Of a stretch of DNA of 64,000 nt, positions 63,405 to 64,000 are shown piece by piece. Every line of letters begins with the position of its first letter. Within the stretch, counting starts at the first letter, position 1. The notes under the pieces were generated by a model. It did no database searches and was not told where the DNA came from. It saw nothing but the letters and a program-made list of their open reading frames with translations. Origin of the DNA: Felis catus (Eukaryota). The position numbers were made by a program, and so were the translations under genes. The stretch is taken from assembly GCF_018350175.1 (NCBI RefSeq), contig NC_058368.1, positions 41,232,001-41,296,000 of the forward strand. The letters are read 5' to 3'.

Positions 63405-64000
63405 TGATTGTTTCAGAGAACAATCACAAAGAGGCCATTTTTGCCAAAATATTTTAGAGTTTCATCAATTTTCCCAAGGAGTTTTCTCAATTCTTTGATA
63501 TTCAAATCATTCTTTTTTGAAGCACATATTCTATCATCATCCTTGCCAATATTTTTCTTCAATTTTAACCAGTCTAACTCTGCTACAACCTCATTTGTCA
63601 AAGGCTTTCTTTGCTTGTGAGTAAAGTAATTCTAACTTTACTTCATTGGCTTTATGAAATCATGCAGTTTTTTGCAACATTGCAATTTCACTTTGCATTA
63701 TACTGTATGGCTTTTTCGGATCTATACTACATCCTAAAACCAAAAGGAAAATGACCAAAAGAGGTGTTGCTCAGTGTATTGGGATAAATATTGGGAAGCA
63801 GAAAAGGGACTTTGAGGTGGAAACTAGATAAATTAGTGGTATTAGTAAATAACATCATGTTATGACAACCTTTGATTTCTACCAGATTGTAGATAATGAC
63901 TATGTGAGTACTGGAGAATTTGTGTATCCCTGGAAATTTAAGTAGAAGTTTCACGTCAAAGTTCAATTTATCATATTTTTTTTTTTACTTTTCTAAAAAT
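63405..64000 (-). mobile_element. Tigger/pogo-like transposase fossil (probably continues past the window)
   Basis: Minus-strand pieces in the expected order: LNFDVKLLL, LKVPFLLPNI (cf. VKVVFLPPNT), ELLYSQ/PLTNEVVAELD (cf. ELLxSHxEELTNEDLMEL) and LNIKELRKLLGKIDETLKYF (cf. TLKGLSEAF..IE.AL..F). Frameshifted. Confidence 0.7.

Overview
This is an AT-rich, repeat-dense mammalian window from a cat-family (Felidae) genome. It contains 24 carnivore tRNA-derived Can-SINEs, including young felid-type copies, and felid/carnivore LINE-1. I find no supportable host protein-coding gene, rRNA, intact tRNA or CRISPR array. The recognisable ORFs are pieces of L1 ORF2, ERVL gag, a Tigger-like transposase or SINEs, and the rest look like chance ORFs, so the window is probably a long intron or intergenic DNA. 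The main components are a composite L1 cluster (18.2-25.5 kb), several other L1 fragments, an ERVL-type provirus remnant with an LTR16-like LTR (38.6-40.9 kb), an ERV1-type solo LTR with a 4-bp TSD, MaLR LTRs, MER5/MER58/MER104 DNA transposons, MIR/L2/L3/HAL1 fossils and a Tigger-like transposase fossil at the right edge. I do not see a convincing new biological system. The best second-look items are a tailless 30-nt U6 retrocopy with TSD, a pre-miRNA-like hairpin, a perfect 16-bp palindrome, a degenerate 27-bp array, a probable L1 3' transduction and CpG-retaining patches. Subfamily names are from recalled consensus resemblance, not a database search, and boundaries without TSDs are approximate.
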